Assembly (NCBI RefSeq): GCF_001194135.2
Contig: NC_068988.1
Location: 90,247,738-90,311,737 of the forward strand
Length of the DNA: 64,000 nucleotides
Direction of reading: 5' to 3'
DNA from: Octopus bimaculoides
Taxonomy: Eukaryota
Shown: positions 61,405 to 64,000 of the stretch, piece after piece
How the letters are laid out: each line of letters starts with the position of its first letter
Position numbering within the stretch: position 1 is the stretch's first letter
The notes under the pieces: generated by a model
The model's database searches: none
What the model saw: the letters and a program-made list of their open reading frames with translations, nothing else
Told to the model about the DNA's origin: nothing
Made by a program: the position numbers and the translations under genes

Positions 61405-63388
61405 GCTGAAACATATGCTGGAGCACTGACAGTGTAATAACCTTCGCGATTGTCCTTTGGTGAGGGTGTTTGTTCGACATTACTGCCTTCTCTTGAGTTT
61501 CTTGCCGTAATATGAGTTCATCTGGAATGTTGGGCGGCAGGATATCAAGTTTTTCTTAAAAACATCTACACGGGCTCCCAAAAACATCCCTCAAATGTCT
61601 TGGCAACATATCATATAACTAACTGTAGGCCCTTGAATCCCAAGGTACTACAGTACATGTCCATCAGTCTAGGTAGGATCAGTCTTTTAAAGAACCAACT
61701 TTTCATCTACTGGGACTTCTAAGAAGAAATACTGCATTTTAAAGAGAAAATGTAGTTTTACCAAATTGCTATCTCTGTCATACTCTTTATAGAGTGAAAA
61801 TAAGTTAACGTTTACAGTCGTCTGGCTTATGTATGGTGTTTGGAAGATTGCTATACAAACAATTTCAACATTAAAGCTCATAATGAATTATATATGAGCG
61901 GCTCTGGACATTCTTTGCACTTCACCGTGCAAAGATATATTTAACACAATTCAACCAGTTCTACCAAGTATTTAGATAATTATGTAAAACTTTATGCATA
62001 TGCCGCAACGGGAAACAATTTTATTTTGTATATTATAATCGGATTATAATAGCACTTAGTTGCCATATGGATTACTTTATCAGCCAATAGTTTAACAATA
62101 CAATGAGTTTTCTTTTTAGTTTTATACAATACAACATTTTAGCAAGATCTTAATATATGTCGTAGCAATGATTTTAGTACTTATGTCCATCAGTCGATTA
62201 TGAATTTCGGAGTTGTGGTTTTAAAGTGCCTATATCATATAGGTAATCCCAGTAATACGAACATAGGGATCCATGCCAAAAAGCGAGTAAATAAGACTGT
62301 GATGTACAATTTATTACGACGAAAAAACAAAGAAAGCAAAAATCAATCGAAAGGAAAGTATCAGACATTAAGAAAGCAGGAAAAGACATAATAAAGCAAA
62401 ACGAAAAGAACGTAAAAGAGAATATGTCAAGGAAGACAAAACAGATGATTGGGATGGAAATAGATAGCAAAGAAGAGGAGATTAAAAGAGAAAAAAACTG
62501 AGGACAAACAGAAAAGTAGTGAAGAAAAGCTAGAAGAATGGTAAAAGGAACCGTTAGTGGTAAAATGCTGGTAGGGACATATATTTCATAGATGGAAGAG
62601 TGCTATATAGCGTAAAATAAGAGAAAATATTACGATAAATAAGCAGCAGGTATGAATGTATGCACGTATATGCTAAAATACACAAGGACACATTCATATA
62701 TGAATATATGTATCTACTCATATACATACATATATATGTATGTATATGTATATATATNNNNNNNNNNNNNNNNNNNNNNNNNNNNNNNNNNNNNNNNNNN
62801 NNNNNNNNNNNNNNNNNNNNNNNNNNNNNNNNNNNNNNNNNNNNNNNNNNNNNNNNNNNNNNNNNNNNNNNNNNNNNNNNNNNNNNNNNNNNNNNNNNNN
62901 NNNNNNNNNNNNNNNNNNNNNNNNNNNNNNNNNNNNNNNNNNNNNNNNNNNNNNNNNNNNNNNNNNNNNNNNNNNNNNNNNNNNNNNNNNNNNNNNNNNN
63001 NNNNNNNNNNNNNNNNNNNNNNNNNNNNNNNNNNNNNNNNNNNNNNNNNNNNNNNNNNNNNNNNNNNNNNNNNNNNNNNNNNNNNNNNNNNNNNNNNNNN
63101 NNNNNNNNNNNNNNNNNNNNNNNNNNNNNNNNNNNNNNNNNNNNNNNNNNNNNNNNNNNNNNNNNNNNNNNNNNNNNNNNNNNNNNNNNNNNNNNNNNNN
63201 NNNNNNNNNNNNNNNNNNNNNNNNNNNNNNNNNNNNNNNNNNNNNNNNNNNNNNNNNNNNNNNNNNNNNNNNNNNNNNNNNNNNNNNNNNNNNNNNNNNN
63301 NNNNNNNNNNNNNNNNNNNNNNNNNNNNNNNNNNNNNNNNNNNNNNNNNNNNNNNNNNNNNNNNNNNNNNNNNNNNNNNNNNNNNNNN

Positions 63389-64000
63389 AGGTAGAAGCTC
63401 TTTAACCTTGGTTGGTAATCTACCTAGGAGAAGGAAATCTCCGAAATAAAACCTGAGGCCTTGGAAATTCCTGGTTTTGTCAATTCTCTTGTCACACCGG
63501 TGAAAGTCTTCTTGGGCTAATAAGTGGGGGTAGTGCAGTGCAAGCTACACCCACTAAAAATTATTCATCTGCACAGGTACTTCCTGTACTCCAAATCTTA
63601 GTAAAATCATTCAATTGGTTGGTTGGCAGAAACCTAAAAATGGCGAATAAGGGTGTGGAGTGGAGTGAAAGCATTTGAAGAGGCCAGGATGATGCAAGTA
63701 GGGCTCAAGAGATATTTAAAGAATGAGAAGGTGAATGACAAGGACCTTTTTGTGTGCACAGTCTGTGACAGACCATGTCTGTCCTTGGCTGGCCTCAAAT
63801 CTCACCTGCGAACCCATGGAAAACAAACCTCATCCAGATATTCTGATTATATGTCTATGCACACGTTTGAATGTGGTGTGTGCCAGAGGGTTTGCAAATC
63901 CAATGGGGGTCTTAAAAGACATGTTAGGATCCACAATGAGCAGAACTTACTTGCAGGTATTGGTAGTGCAAATCAGAGGTGCAATCTGTGTGGGTGTTTT
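63389..64000 (+). mobile_element. RTE-clade (BovB-like) derived element: 5'-UTR-like segment followed by C-terminal coding region
   Basis: ccttggttggtaatctacctaggagaaggaaatctc resembles RTE 5' UTR motifs (from memory). WRIRVWSGVKAFEEAR..KR resembles the RTE C-terminal WR..V..G...FE..R helix. Confidence 0.65.
63641..64000 (+). CDS. Open frame with tandem C2H2 zinc fingers (RTE ORF C-terminus-like), runs off the window
   Basis: 120 stop-free codons: CTVCDRPCLSLAGLKSHLRTH (63755-63817), CGVCQRVCKSNGGLKRHVRIH (63872-63934), and a third finger starting CNLC at 63980. The first two fit C-x2-C-x12-H-x3-H. In-frame TAA at 63635. Confidence 0.75.

Noticed and set aside
4970-63449. Long ORF-track entries with X runs or poly-(YI/HT/CV/LSIY/I/M)
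   Set aside because: They are read-through of N-gaps and microsatellites, with no coding signal.
63389-63455. HDV-like ribozyme in the RTE 5' UTR (helices AGGTAGA/TCTACCT and GGAGA/TCTCC followed by GAAA)
   Set aside because: I could not assemble P2/P3/P1.1 into the nested double pseudoknot, and the upstream sequence is in a gap.

Overview
This is a repeat-dominated, AT-rich animal genomic window from a gapped short-read assembly. It has about 22 N-gaps, nearly all abutting (TA)n, (CA)n or (TAA)n microsatellites, and one Illumina adapter remnant. The microsatellite density and SINE families are most consistent with an octopus or other coleoid cephalopod (inference). I could not establish any host protein-coding gene: almost all ORF-track entries are microsatellite or N read-through. 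Recognisable content: about 10 fragments of R4/Dong-like RLE-endonuclease LINEs, most abutting (TAA/TGA/CAA)n tracts; many tRNA-derived SINEs of several modular types; a CR1-like LINE 3' end; Tc1/mariner relics; Penelope-like terminal fragments; and an RTE-like element at the right edge. The most interesting signals are (1) a minimal type I hammerhead ribozyme at 46941-46986 with a second, degenerate copy at 60241; (2) a covarying 3'-UTR hairpin shared by divergent Dong-like families; (3) an RTE-derived open frame with at least 3 tandem C2H2 fingers; (4) an old ~1.85 kb inverted repeat with a young SINE in one arm; (5) two near-spacerless palindromes; and (6) a compact CCAAT/GC-box/ETS promoter-like cluster at 30.75-30.81 kb. 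All alignments and folds were done by eye and need computational confirmation.
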